64,000 nt of DNA from an uncultured Lentisphaeraceae bacterium. Lineage in GTDB: Bacteria > Verrucomicrobiota > Kiritimatiellia > RFP12 > UBA1067. A program made the position numbers and the translations under genes. The stretch covers positions 70 through 64,069 of the forward strand of contig CAZMNN010000010.1 of assembly GCA_964567665.1 (NCBI GenBank), given 5' to 3'. A model generated the notes under the pieces. It had not been told where the DNA came from. It did not search any database and saw nothing but the letters and a program-made list of their open reading frames with translations. Below, one piece after another: positions 49,846 through 60,442 of this stretch (position 1 is the first letter of the stretch; every line of letters begins with the position of its first letter).

Positions 49846-52800
49846 ATGGATTCAAGAAAATGGCTGTCTGCGGCGGTGTTGGCTTTGGCGGCCGCTGCCG
49901 TCTATGCGTACGACGCCGAGTTTATTTCGCCAACAGGCTACTTTGTGCCCGGCTGGCAACTGGGGCGCTGGAAGGACATGGCAACTGGCACGACGCCGTC
50001 CGCGCTTCCCACGAGCCGCGTCGACAACGTGCATTTCGGCGAGCCGTCCAATTCGGCCTGGCAGCCATCGGTCTACACGGGAACGGGCAATGACTTCGGA
50101 AGTTTCCTTCCGGTTGAACTGAATGTGCTTCACGGCAGCGAGGCGTGGACGCTCGTGAATTCGCCGGAGCAGACGTCGGTGACGGCGCAAGGTTCCGACA
50201 AGCGCGTGACGATTGCGGATCCGACGGGATTTGACGGCTATTTCTTCAATGGATATGCACGTGTAGGGTGGAGTTTCCCCGGAAACGCCGGGGCGACGCA
50301 GCGCGTCTCGTCCGTTTCGCTGCGATGCCGCCCAATCGTCGAGACGCCGTCACAAGGGACATCAGTTGCCGTCGACGACTTCTACTCCGCCGGTGCCTTG
50401 GAGAAGTGGGGCGCGGGCGAACTTGTGGTCAACGGCACGTCCGGTGCGCATACGCGCCTGTACGTAAAGGACGGCGACGTGTCGTTTGGGGATGGAATTG
50501 CCGACGACCTGGACGAAATCCTCGATGCCGCGTTTCTGCATCTCGATGCAACGGCAGCCGCAACCTTGAAGACGACCTCAAACGGAGACGGGCGAACGTA
50601 TGTCACAAACTGGTGCGACGTGCGCGGCAACGGGCAGGGTGCGCATGTGCCGTTGCCGTCCGAGATGGTTTCCGGGTACGAGAAGATCCAGTCCGCGAAC
50701 AGTCCGTTTCTTGCCGTCGGCGCGGGACGAAAAGGACAGAACATGATCGACTTCGGGACGGCTTGGACGCCGGACAGCGGAACGCGATTCGGCCCGACGA
50801 ACTGCACGATGCGCTTTGAACGCCGTGAGGACGTGCGCGACGTGTTCTATGTGGCGCGCTACCACGACAGGCCGCAGTTCAACCCCGTGCTGGGCGACTG
50901 GGTCTCCGCGCCGACGCTGCAGCCGTGCGCCGGACTGCTCGGCGGCAGCGCCAACTGGGGCGCACGAACTGGTGCGATCTTCGCCGACGGCGTGAAGGTC
51001 TTGCCGAACCACTACCCGGACAGCGGCTACGGATTCACGAACCAGACCGTGTACTCGTTCAGCTCGAAGTCCAACCTCGTCCTTTCGGCAATCGCGTCCG
51101 ACCAGGATCGGCCGTTTGCTGGAACGCTGCCCGACGCAGCGCAGGCGCGGATCGGGGGAATGCTTGTCGGCGAGATCCTGCTGTTCACGAATGAACTGAC
51201 GCGGGCGCAGCGCAACCGCGTCAACGCCTACCTCGTCGACAAGTGGCAGGGTCCGTCCGGCGAGGTGTGGGCGGATGTCGGCTTACTTGACATCCAGAAG
51301 GACGGGGCGTCCGTCAATGTGGCGCCGGGCACAACGGCGACCGTGCTCGACCTCAAGTCCGGCGGCGTCGTGACAAAGACCGGCGGCGGAACGCTTGCGG
51401 TCGATGCCGTCTATCCGCAGGACACGACTTTTGACGTCAAGGGTGGCAGTGTGCGGATCGGCGGACTGGTTTCGTCCGTGGACGACCAGGCGCCGGCATC
51501 CAGTCCGGCGGTCTGGTTAGATGCTTCGTGTTCAGGATCGCTGGTGAAGGAGACGATCGACGGAAGCCCGTACGTGACCCGATGGAACGACAGGCGCGGA
51601 AACGGAATCTACGCCACGGCCTCGGTTGAAAAGGGCGCACCGCGCATTCCGACGGAAGTCAAGGCGGCGACGCCGACGGGGCTTGACGTGCTTTCTCTTG
51701 GCGGAAACTCGTCGACGAGTTCATATTTTGCGTTCCCGTGGCGGAGTGCATCGAACGGGACAAAGAAATTCTACGCCGGCTTTGCGGTTCTTCGCCGCAC
51801 GGCGGGGAGCGACACGGCGTTCGGAATCTTCGGCGCGGCCGACATGACGTTCATGTGCGAGGGCAGCGAGGGCGGCACTCATCACCGCTTCATCTCCGAG
51901 AAGTACACCTGCTCCGCGACGTCGGCGGCAATCTGGACGTATAATGGTGTTCCCCGCGATCCGATTGTCTATCACGCCGATATGTCCGACATGTCAAACT
52001 TCTTTGTCGTGGCGTTCGCCGCCGAAGAGAAGGTGCTGGTTGACGCGATCGCCTGGAACCGCAACAGCCCGAACTACTGCGGCGGGATGGAGATCGGCGA
52101 GTTCATCCTGTACGACCGGCCGGTTTCGGATGCGGAACGCCGCTGCACGGAAGCGTACCTGATGAAAAAGTGGAATGGCGCGGCCCATCCCGCATCGGGG
52201 ACGCCCAAGCCGAACTACGCATTTTCCGAAGACGTCGACGCCATTGTTGACGTGGCGGACAACTGTGCGCTCGGCACGGTGTCCGGCGGTTCGGGACGCT
52301 TCGTCAAGCGCGGGTCCGGAAATGTCTCGCTCTCTGCGGTTCCAGACGGGACGGAGTCGCTTTCCGTGGAGGGCGGGACGCTTTCACTGTCGCTGTCTTC
52401 ATTCATCGATGACTCGCTCTACCACTTTGACATGACCGCCGAAGACACGTTGGAATACGGCGAATCGCCTGATCAGGGAACTGTCGTAATGCGTTGGAAT
52501 GACGTGCGCGGCAATGGTGTCTATGCCGAGGCGGTTAAGCCGGGAGATGCGGCGGACAAGGGCTACACGAAGAAGTATCCCGTTGTCACCGAACTTTCAA
52601 CCGAAGGCGTTGTTAGGAGATACCTTGATTTTGGTGGCGTCAACAGTGCCAATTCGGCCGCAATGTGGATGAACCGGAATTTCATGAACGTGCGCGAAGT
52701 CCATGTGATTCACAGGGACATCGGAAAGAACTCCATGTTTGCATCCTTCTCCGAGCGCAACACCAATGCTGTGCACAGTACATGGGAGGATAGTCAGCGT

Positions 52801-53553
52801 TGGGCGGATTATTACCGGGACACGTCCGGTTCGTTCTGCGGGTCGGCGGCCTCCGGGTCTGTGAAGAATGGCGCATTCTGGTCGAACGGGCAGCCGGTGG
52901 CGAATCCGTTGACAGATATGCTTCCCACATCGCCTTCCCTCGTTTCCATTGCGACAACGAACAATACGCACGTCAATTCCATACAGGAAGACCGCGGAGT
53001 GCCGGGTGGCGCCTACGTCGGCGAGCAGATCGCGTTCAGCCGTCTGCTCACGGACAGGGAGCGCGGCTATTTGATGGCGCACATGATGCACAAGTGGTTC
53101 GATGCCGGAGTTGCGCCGGTGTGGACAAACCTAACCGTGACCGCGCTGCACATTGCGTCGGGCGCGTCGTTGGACGTCTCCGGAAGCAACGTTGTCGTGT
53201 CCGCCGCAGAGCTTGGCGGCGCCGGAACGCTAACCGGTGCAAGCGTGATCGGCGTCTCGTCCATGCGGTTTGACGTCAATGATTTCGGCAAGTCCCATTT
53301 GACCGTTTCCGGCAGTGTCCGCTTTGCCGGTGATGTGGCCGTCACGCTGGCGAACGCCGAGGCGGACGGGATGCTTGTCCCCGGCGATTATGTGCTGTTT
53401 GAGGCGTTGGGCGGCATTGAACCTGCCAATGCCGTGAACTTTGCGATTGAAGCGCCGGTGCTTTCCGGCAGACGCACGTACACCTTCATTCGCAGGGGCG
53501 GAACTCTGACCCTGCGGATTGCGCAGCGCGGGCTGCGCATCACAGTCCGTTAA
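49846..53553 (+). CDS. Giant secreted protein with three LamG/ConA-like modules and beta-strand repeats; C-terminal GLRITVR
   Basis: Signal peptide MDSRKWLSAAVLALAAAAVYA; HLDA/WLDA/HFDM...KW modules; KWGAGEL, KTGGGTL, KRGSGNV linkers. Confidence 0.85.
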   Translation: MDSRKWLSAAVLALAAAAVYAYDAEFISPTGYFVPGWQLGRWKDMATGTTPSALPTSRVDNVHFGEPSNSAWQPSVYTGTGNDFGSFLPVELNVLHGSEAWTLVNSPEQTSVTAQGSDKRVTIADPTGFDGYFFNGYARVGWSFPGNAGATQRVSSVSLRCRPIVETPSQGTSVAVDDFYSAGALEKWGAGELVVNGTSGAHTRLYVKDGDVSFGDGIADDLDEILDAAFLHLDATAAATLKTTSNGDGRTYVTNWCDVRGNGQGAHVPLPSEMVSGYEKIQSANSPFLAVGAGRKGQNMIDFGTAWTPDSGTRFGPTNCTMRFERREDVRDVFYVARYHDRPQFNPVLGDWVSAPTLQPCAGLLGGSANWGARTGAIFADGVKVLPNHYPDSGYGFTNQTVYSFSSKSNLVLSAIASDQDRPFAGTLPDAAQARIGGMLVGEILLFTNELTRAQRNRVNAYLVDKWQGPSGEVWADVGLLDIQKDGASVNVAPGTTATVLDLKSGGVVTKTGGGTLAVDAVYPQDTTFDVKGGSVRIGGLVSSVDDQAPASSPAVWLDASCSGSLVKETIDGSPYVTRWNDRRGNGIYATASVEKGAPRIPTEVKAATPTGLDVLSLGGNSSTSSYFAFPWRSASNGTKKFYAGFAVLRRTAGSDTAFGIFGAADMTFMCEGSEGGTHHRFISEKYTCSATSAAIWTYNGVPRDPIVYHADMSDMSNFFVVAFAAEEKVLVDAIAWNRNSPNYCGGMEIGEFILYDRPVSDAERRCTEAYLMKKWNGAAHPASGTPKPNYAFSEDVDAIVDVADNCALGTVSGGSGRFVKRGSGNVSLSAVPDGTESLSVEGGTLSLSLSSFIDDSLYHFDMTAEDTLEYGESPDQGTVVMRWNDVRGNGVYAEAVKPGDAADKGYTKKYPVVTELSTEGVVRRYLDFGGVNSANSAAMWMNRNFMNVREVHVIHRDIGKNSMFASFSERNTNAVHSTWEDSQRWADYYRDTSGSFCGSAASGSVKNGAFWSNGQPVANPLTDMLPTSPSLVSIATTNNTHVNSIQEDRGVPGGAYVGEQIAFSRLLTDRERGYLMAHMMHKWFDAGVAPVWTNLTVTALHIASGASLDVSGSNVVVSAAELGGAGTLTGASVIGVSSMRFDVNDFGKSHLTVSGSVRFAGDVAVTLANAEADGMLVPGDYVLFEALGGIEPANAVNFAIEAPVLSGRRTYTFIRRGGTLTLRIAQRGLRITVR

Positions 53554-53567
53554 GTTGACCATCAGGA

Positions 53568-56009
53568 ATGAAAGAAATGAAAGCAGTATATCGGATATGT
53601 TCCATGTGCGCGGCGGTTTCACTTGCCGCATTGGGCGAGACGCTTGAGATTGCGCCAACGGCGGACGTGAAGACGTGTCGGGCGCGGGAGATCAACAGGC
53701 TTGTGGCAAAGGCGAAGCCGGGCGATACGATTCTGTTCAGAAAAGGCGAGTATTTCGTCAACGAGTCGATTGCGATTCTCGACAGGACGAACGTCGTGTT
53801 CCGTGCCGAGCGCGGGACGGTCTTCCGGATGCGGTACAAAGGCGACGGACGCGCCTCGAGCGGGATGATGATGTTCGCCGTGCGTGGCTGTTCGGACGTT
53901 CTTCTCGACGGGTTCGCCTGCACCACGGAGAATCCGCCGAGCGGGACAGGTCGAGTGTCCGCCGTGAATCCAGATACGCGTGAGTACGACGTCCGGTTTG
54001 AGGGGGACACGAATTTTGCCGGCACGGAATCGCTTGTCATCGCCGACACGTGCGACGACTACGGCACGCCAGACGGCGTATTCACGGAATATGCGCTGAA
54101 TGACAGCGAGGAGCCTGACGGCAAGGGCGGCACGACGTTGCGCAAAAAGGGCATTCCGTACAAGCTGCTTTCAAAGGGGACGATACGGCTCAAGTTGCCG
54201 GCGGGATGCGACCTGACGAAACTGAGGGTCGGGCACCGCATTGTCTTTCGTTACGGTGGGCCTGGCGGAATCTTTTCGTTCCAGTCGAGCCATCGCGTGA
54301 CCGTGCGCGACGTCGATGTCTGGCGCTGCCCCAGCATGGTTGCCGTGATATCGGGGCGTTCCTCCGATTTCACGTTCGAGCGGCTCGCGGTTCGTCCGGC
54401 CGCCGGTTCGGGTGCGATTTTCAGCTCCAACGCCGACGGCATCCATGTGGCGAGCATGTTCGGGACGCTGACGCTAAAAGACTGCGTTTTCGACGGCATG
54501 GGCGACGATCCGCTGAACGTTCATGGCAAGTCGTCGGAGTTGAGCGCATACGACCCTGCAAGCGGAAAGGCGACGTGCACGTGGCAGCTGTTTCACAGGG
54601 GGCCGCAGCGCATGGCGAAGCTGTGGGCGGTCGCCGGGGACGTGCTGGACGTCTATGACCGCCGCACCTTCCTGTCCAAGGGGCAGGTGCGCGTCAAGGC
54701 CACGGAGGGCTATGGCGAGATGACGCTTGCGGACGCTACGGCGCCGCTCGCCATTGGCGACATCGTCATCAACGGGCATGACTGCCCGAAGGTGCGCGTC
54801 TCCGGCTGCCGTGTGCGGAACATCCGCTCGCGCGGATTCCTGCTGCAGTCGCGGGACATCGTGGTCAGCGACTGTTCGTTCGAGGGGATTGGCGGCGCCG
54901 GAATCATGGCGGCGCCGGACATCAACAACTGGTTCGAGTCGGGTCCGATATCCGACCTTCGTGTCGAGAGATGCAGCTTTGTGCGCTGCGCGATCCGTCC
55001 GTCGGTGCAGGCGGCGTTTCTCGTCAAGGTCAATCATGAAGGCCCCGTGGATGCCTATCCCAGCGGCGTTCACCGCAACATTTCACTTAAGGACTGCACG
55101 TTCCGGGATTGCCCCTCCACCAACGTCGTCTGCATCGCCTCGACGGACGGTGTCGAGGTCAAGGGAAACCGTTTCGAGAACTGCGGCGTAAAGCCTGTCG
55201 CGGTCATCAACTGCACTCGCGTGGATGCAGATGCCGCAGGGGGAGCGGATGTCGTGCGGAATTCCGGAGGCTCAAAGCCGGTCACGATGATGTCCTTCAA
55301 CGTTCGCGTCGGTTGCGGGCTTGACGGTGCATGGCACATCCCTGAAGGCGAACTTGGGCATCTCCCGCAATGCGCTGACGTCATCAAGTCTGTCGATCCT
55401 GATTGGGTGGCGATACAGGAGATAGATCGCGGAACGAAGCGCACCGGACGCGTCGACCAGACCGCCGCCCTTGCAAGGCTCTGCGGCATGAACGGCACAT
55501 ACCTCAAGAAGATCGACTACGATGGCGGGGACTACGGAGTGGCGGTGCTGTCGAAGGAGAAGCCGCTTTCCGTGTCGAAGATCCTTGTTCCGGGGTCTGC
55601 CCACACGAGGTGCATCGCCATCCTTGAATTCAGGGACTACATCGTCGCCTGCACACATTTCCCGCTTGAGGAGTCGGCGCGTGTGAAAGCCGCCGAAATC
55701 GCCTGCCTGAATCTGTCAGGACGTGAAAAGCCCGTGTTCTTCGCAGGGGACTTCAATGCGCTCCCGGCATCGCCCACAATCGCGACGCTCAAGAAGACCT
55801 TTACGGTTCTGAGCGATTCGTCAAGGCCCACTTTCCGTTCGGACAAGCCAGACCAGTGCCTCGACTACATAATGGTTGATTCCGCCCATGCGGATTGCGT
55901 CAAGGTCGCCACGAGGGACGTAATAGCCGCGCCCAACGCGACCGACCACTGCGCAATCGTGGTAAAGGCGGAGCTTGCCGGTGGATGCCAGGCGACTGCG
56001 GGCAAATGA
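53568..56009 (+). CDS. Fusion: GH110-like parallel beta-helix glycosidase plus endonuclease/exonuclease/phosphatase (EEP) domain
   Basis: NADGIH...CVFDGMGDDPLNVHG; EEP motifs SFNVR, IQEID, ACTHF, AGDFNA, LDYI, TDH. Confidence 0.75.
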   Translation: MKEMKAVYRICSMCAAVSLAALGETLEIAPTADVKTCRAREINRLVAKAKPGDTILFRKGEYFVNESIAILDRTNVVFRAERGTVFRMRYKGDGRASSGMMMFAVRGCSDVLLDGFACTTENPPSGTGRVSAVNPDTREYDVRFEGDTNFAGTESLVIADTCDDYGTPDGVFTEYALNDSEEPDGKGGTTLRKKGIPYKLLSKGTIRLKLPAGCDLTKLRVGHRIVFRYGGPGGIFSFQSSHRVTVRDVDVWRCPSMVAVISGRSSDFTFERLAVRPAAGSGAIFSSNADGIHVASMFGTLTLKDCVFDGMGDDPLNVHGKSSELSAYDPASGKATCTWQLFHRGPQRMAKLWAVAGDVLDVYDRRTFLSKGQVRVKATEGYGEMTLADATAPLAIGDIVINGHDCPKVRVSGCRVRNIRSRGFLLQSRDIVVSDCSFEGIGGAGIMAAPDINNWFESGPISDLRVERCSFVRCAIRPSVQAAFLVKVNHEGPVDAYPSGVHRNISLKDCTFRDCPSTNVVCIASTDGVEVKGNRFENCGVKPVAVINCTRVDADAAGGADVVRNSGGSKPVTMMSFNVRVGCGLDGAWHIPEGELGHLPQCADVIKSVDPDWVAIQEIDRGTKRTGRVDQTAALARLCGMNGTYLKKIDYDGGDYGVAVLSKEKPLSVSKILVPGSAHTRCIAILEFRDYIVACTHFPLEESARVKAAEIACLNLSGREKPVFFAGDFNALPASPTIATLKKTFTVLSDSSRPTFRSDKPDQCLDYIMVDSAHADCVKVATRDVIAAPNATDHCAIVVKAELAGGCQATAGK

Positions 56010-56040
56010 AATGTTCCGCAGTCTTTGCCGAAAATCGGCT

Positions 56041-56069
56041 TTGACTTGCGGAGTGCGATTTGATAACCT
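56041..56069 (+). promoter_or_regulatory. Sigma70 promoter, probable leaderless transcript
   Basis: TTGACT-17 nt-TAACCT, 7 nt before ATG 56077. Confidence 0.65.
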
Positions 56070-56076
56070 TGCGCAC

Positions 56077-57543
56077 ATGAAAAAAATGACATTTGAAAAG
56101 TTGGTGCTGCTGTCCGTTTCGGCGGCGGCTTTCTGTGTCCCCGCATTGGGGTTTGACGTGTCCGTGTGGCGAGGAGAGACATTCTCGACGCTCGTTCCGG
56201 ACAACGTGGAGCTTGGCGAATCGCCCAAGGGGATAGACGTAAGGCGCGGATCGCTGCGGCCGGTCAAGTATCGTCCGTCAGCAGACAGCCTTCATTTGAA
56301 CGAATGCTACGATCGCGTGGACTGGGATGCGGCGTCCGGCGGACCGGTCGTTGCGGAGATAACCGTCTCGCGTGACACGAAGCCCGGCGTATACAGGTGC
56401 GGCGGCATGAACGTGCGCGTTGTGGATCGGGTGCTGCCGCCTGCGAAGGAGTGGAAGTACTATCTCGATCTCTGGCAGCATCCGTGGTCGGTGGCGCGCA
56501 TGGCGAACGTCGAGCCGTTCTCCAAGGCGCACTATGCCGCGATGCGTCCCGTGTGGGAACTTCTCGCGACGGCCGGACAGAAGGCGCTCACCGTCACGCT
56601 GCTCGACAGGCCGTGGAACCACCAGTGCCGCGACGCATACGGCACCATGGTCGCAAGCCGGAAGGACGCTGACGGCAAGATGACGTTTGACTATTCAATC
56701 TTCGACGAATACGTCGAGTTCGGGCGCAGCTGCGGCATCGGCCCGCACATCGCCTGCTACACGATGTGTCCGTGGGGGAACCGCGTTGGCTGGATCGATG
56801 CGAACGGCAATAAGGTCGAGGTCGTCGCCAAGCCCGGCACGAAGGAGTTTGAGGATTTCTGGGGGCCGTTCCTTGAGTCGTTCACTGCGCATCTGAAGGA
56901 GAAGGGCTGGTTCAACGACACGCTGATATCGATGGATGAACGTGCGCCGGAGGACATGAAGATCATCGCGGACTTCATCCAGTCACGCGCTCCGGGGATG
57001 AAGATTGCGCTTGCCGGCAACAGGAAGCCGAGCGAGTTCAAGGGGATAACCCTTGACAGCTACTCGCAGTACGTCGGGCACATCACCGATGATTTTCTTG
57101 CGGAGGTGCCGGAACGCAAGGCCAAGGGATATGTGACGACGCATTATGTGTGCTGCGGCCCGAACCGTCCGAACACGTTCCTTTCGTCGCCGACGGCCGA
57201 GAACTTCTGGGTGGGCGTGTATCCCGGCATGGTTGGGCTTGACGGACTTCTCCGCTGGGCGTGGAACAGCTGGCCCGAGAATCCGGTTGCGGATGGCTCG
57301 TTCGGCAACTGGCGCGCGGGAGACGTGTTTCTCGTGTATCCCGGCGCGGCTCCGTCGTACCGCTTCCTCGAACTCCGCAACGGCATTGCGACGGCCGAAA
57401 AGCTGCGCATCCTCAAGGAGCAGGGGCTTTTCAAGGATGACATCGCCGCTCTCGCAAAACGCTACAACTGCAAGGATGCGCTGGAGGGCAAGGCCAACGT
57501 CACGAAGCTGCGGCAGGATGCGCTGGAGCTCGTGAATCGCTGA
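56077..57543 (+). CDS. DUF4091/GH123-like glycoside hydrolase (beta-N-acetylgalactosaminidase-like)
   Basis: YYLDLWQHPWSVAR, ISMDERAPEDM, DGLLRWAWNSWPENP, GDVFLVYPG...SYRFLELRNGI; signal peptide from ATG 56077. Confidence 0.75.
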   Translation: MKKMTFEKLVLLSVSAAAFCVPALGFDVSVWRGETFSTLVPDNVELGESPKGIDVRRGSLRPVKYRPSADSLHLNECYDRVDWDAASGGPVVAEITVSRDTKPGVYRCGGMNVRVVDRVLPPAKEWKYYLDLWQHPWSVARMANVEPFSKAHYAAMRPVWELLATAGQKALTVTLLDRPWNHQCRDAYGTMVASRKDADGKMTFDYSIFDEYVEFGRSCGIGPHIACYTMCPWGNRVGWIDANGNKVEVVAKPGTKEFEDFWGPFLESFTAHLKEKGWFNDTLISMDERAPEDMKIIADFIQSRAPGMKIALAGNRKPSEFKGITLDSYSQYVGHITDDFLAEVPERKAKGYVTTHYVCCGPNRPNTFLSSPTAENFWVGVYPGMVGLDGLLRWAWNSWPENPVADGSFGNWRAGDVFLVYPGAAPSYRFLELRNGIATAEKLRILKEQGLFKDDIAALAKRYNCKDALEGKANVTKLRQDALELVNR

Positions 57544-57554
57544 TCCGGCTTCAG

Positions 57555-58010
57555 ATGAAGATTCTTGTAGATGGCAGACTGCCAGCCGCAATTGGCCTCA
57601 AAAGGGCTGCGGTGGCGTCTGCCGCTTCGTATTTTGCCGGGCGGTCACGGCGTCGCATCGGCAATCCCGTATGGCACGAAGTCGAAGTGCATCTGATAGA
57701 CGATGCAATGTCGGATGAAGTGCATCGGGCGATAATGGGCATAGCCGGCGCCACGGACGTGGTCACGCAGGCGTACGATTCAATTCCTCCGGAGGAGCCG
57801 GGGCTGTACGGCGAGCTGTTCGTGAACACGGATCAGGCGTTCCGCGCAGCGCCGAAGCGGCCAGGGTGGAATGCCGCCAAGGAGCTGCTGCTGTACATAG
57901 CGCATGGCATGGATCACCTTTCAGGCGCGGACGATCATGAGGAGCGGGACTACCGCGCCATGCGCCGCAGGGAGCTGGGCTGGATTCGCGACTGTCCGGC
58001 CACGCCCTGA
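57555..58010 (+). CDS. ybeY: rRNA maturation endoribonuclease YbeY
   Basis: ATDVVT, GELFVN, LYIAHGMDHLSGADD, AMRRRE. Confidence 0.8.
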   Translation: MKILVDGRLPAAIGLKRAAVASAASYFAGRSRRRIGNPVWHEVEVHLIDDAMSDEVHRAIMGIAGATDVVTQAYDSIPPEEPGLYGELFVNTDQAFRAAPKRPGWNAAKELLLYIAHGMDHLSGADDHEERDYRAMRRRELGWIRDCPATP

Positions 58011-58044
58011 GGTCAACTTTTCGGGTCAATCAGCGATTTGCATA

Positions 58045-58074
58045 TTGACGCAAGGGATATGGTTGTGATACCCT
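58045..58074 (+). promoter_or_regulatory. Putative sigma70 promoter
   Basis: TTGACG-18 nt-TACCCT with TG extension. Confidence 0.45.
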
Positions 58075-58146
58075 ATCTCTCTGTTGCGAGATGTGGTTCG
58101 TTTCGTCCGTTGGACGTTGGCGATGAAATCTGAAAGGAGAAGACTC

Positions 58147-60430
58147 ATGGTTGACGCTTGGAGTGCTGTTTCAGAAGGGATTTTTAGGAAAAAAAAAATC
58201 ACTTTGTGCATCTGTCGCGTGTGTTCTGGCGGGCGGCATCTTTCTGACCGCCGACGCTGAGGACTGGAAGATCGATTCGGTGGACGATCTCACGGCGGCG
58301 CTTTCGCAAGCGGCTTCGGGTGATGTCCTGCTGCTGAATCCGGGGGTCTATGATCTCGCCGGAACGGAAATGGATGAAGAGGGGCATTCGCATCTTGTTG
58401 TGGATAGGCCTATAGAGATGCGCTGCACGGACGGCTTGTCCTGGCGCACGGCATCAGATGGCCTTTCGGGCGCAGTTCTGAAGGGCGGCAGTTCGATGCG
58501 CATTCTGCGTGTCAAGACGGCAGCATCATTCAGTGGCATATCCTTTGTGGACGGAAAGACGTCAGATGACGGCGCCGGCGTATGGATAGATGTCAGCGGC
58601 ACCAGCGACGTGGTCAACTTCACGAATTGCGTGTTCAAGGCCTGCCGCAGTGAAAATGGAGATGGTGGAGGCATCTGTTCGCCTTATTCTGCGACGGCCG
58701 TTGCTCGTGATTGCCGGTTTGAAGGCAACGAGGCGCAGAAGAACGGTGGCGGCGCAATGAAGGGGTTCTATTACTCCTGCGTCTTCTCCAACAACGTGGC
58801 TGTGGCTGCCGGGGGCGGGGCGGTTTCAAGCGGGGAGATGACGGATTGCGTGTGCGGCGGCAACAAGGCGAAGTGGGGCGGCGCAGGGAGCTACGTAACG
58901 GCATCCCGCTGCACCTTCACCGGAAACAGCAGCGGCATTGTCGGTGGAGCGATGTCCAATTCTCACGCAACCGATTGCGCATTTGACGCAAACGTCTCCG
59001 ATGACAAGGGGGGCGCTCTTTACAGCGATGGACTGTATAAGGTGCGTGGATGCACGTTTGCTCAAAACCGCGCGAGGACGAACGGCGGTGCGATATGTGG
59101 TGGACACGCAGTGAGCAATTGCTCGTTCTACGGCAATTCCGCCGCGAATGGCGGTGCGTTGTACGGTGTGCGGACAGCATCGTCTCTATTGGCGGTGCAG
59201 CCGGTTGCGGTGATGGATTCCAGTTTCCTCACAAACACCGTGTCCGGAAGCGGCGGCGCAGTCGCAGAGTGTGACGTTGCATCCTGCCTGTTTGAGGGCA
59301 ATGAAGCGGATAAAGGCGGAGCAGTCACGCAGTCCACGCTTGTGGACTGCGAACTGATTGGCAACAAGGCGAACACCTATGGCGGCGCCGCCTATGAAGT
59401 GGAGACTTGCCGGGATTGCACTTTTGCAGGCAATTCTGTAGTCAGATATGATGGAGGCGCAATCTACCAGACCAAGGCGGGTGCAATCCTTTCCGGATGT
59501 GAGATTGCGAGCAACAAGGTGGTTGGTGCATATCGAAACGGTGGCGGCATATTTTGCACAGCCGGAGGCAGTTCCATGCTCGTCACGAACTGCCTCATCA
59601 TGGCGAACAGTGCGGAGGGGACATCCTCCGCAGGTGGCGTATATGGGGCGACGAATGTAGTCGGCTGCATCTTCCGCGACAACACAAGCGGCTTCTATTC
59701 GGGTCACGCATGGTACTCCGCCTTTCGCGACTGCCGATTCACCGGAAAGGGCGAGGTCGCGATGAGCCGCCTCTACAACTGTGAACTTTACGGCTATCGT
59801 GCGAACAAAGATGACTATTCTGCGCCGCTTGTCGCCAACGAGAGGGAAGAATGGCGGAAGGAGAGTGGATTTCCGGTATTTGAGGCGGTGAATTGCCTTT
59901 TCCGGGATTTGTCCTGCGATGCCATAGTCCGAGTGACCGGTGACGAGGCATACTTCTACAACTGCACGTTCGCCAGCAACGTGTGCGAGAATTCGTTCCG
60001 TCTTCTGCAGGGGAACAATGCAAAGGAGCCGTCGCTGAACGTGGCCAATTGCGTGTTTGGCGGCAACCGCGCAAAAGATGGCGCAGCTGCGGGCGTAAAG
60101 GTCAGCATCGGGTTCACTCCGGTTGCGGCGGATGTGTCGCTCAGTAACGTTCTTTCGGAGGGATACGATCTGCCGTCTTCAATCGGCGCTTCGCAGACAT
60201 CCGGACTTTTGACCGGAGCCGTTCGATTCTGCGGTGATGACAACTTCTGGAACGAACCTGCCTATGCGCTTCGTCCATCTGGGCGGTGGGTGGATCGGGG
60301 CGTGGCCCTGCCATGGTCGGCGGATGCGGTCGATCTCGCAGGACGTCCGCGTGTGCGCGGTAAAGGCGTAGATCTCGGCTGCTATGAGTTTCAGTCCATG
60401 CTGCCAGGCATGAAGATATCCATTCGTTGA
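58147..60430 (+). CDS. Secreted beta-helix protein with GGA[IVL] (Pmp-like) repeats, choice-of-anchor-Q-like tail and C-terminal GMKISIR; start possibly frameshifted at A10 (58189-58198)
   Basis: Many N.A..GGA[IVLM] repeats; DLAGRPRVRGKGVDLGCYE; AGGAG SD 7 nt before ATG 58147, which is in frame only with A9; in-frame TTG 58151 is an alternative. Confidence 0.8.
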
Positions 60431-60442
60431 GGAAATGGCGCG

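Noticed and set aside
56080-56087. Shorter A-run at the start of the GH123-like gene
   Set aside because: ATG AAA AAA ATG is in frame and is ordinary Lys-Lys signal-peptide coding, below the length expected to slip.
57555-58010. YbeY with Asp at the usual third zinc-ligand His position (HGMDHLSGADD)
   Set aside because: GxDD-type variants are, to my knowledge, common in this family and a His follows immediately; not evidence of a new function.
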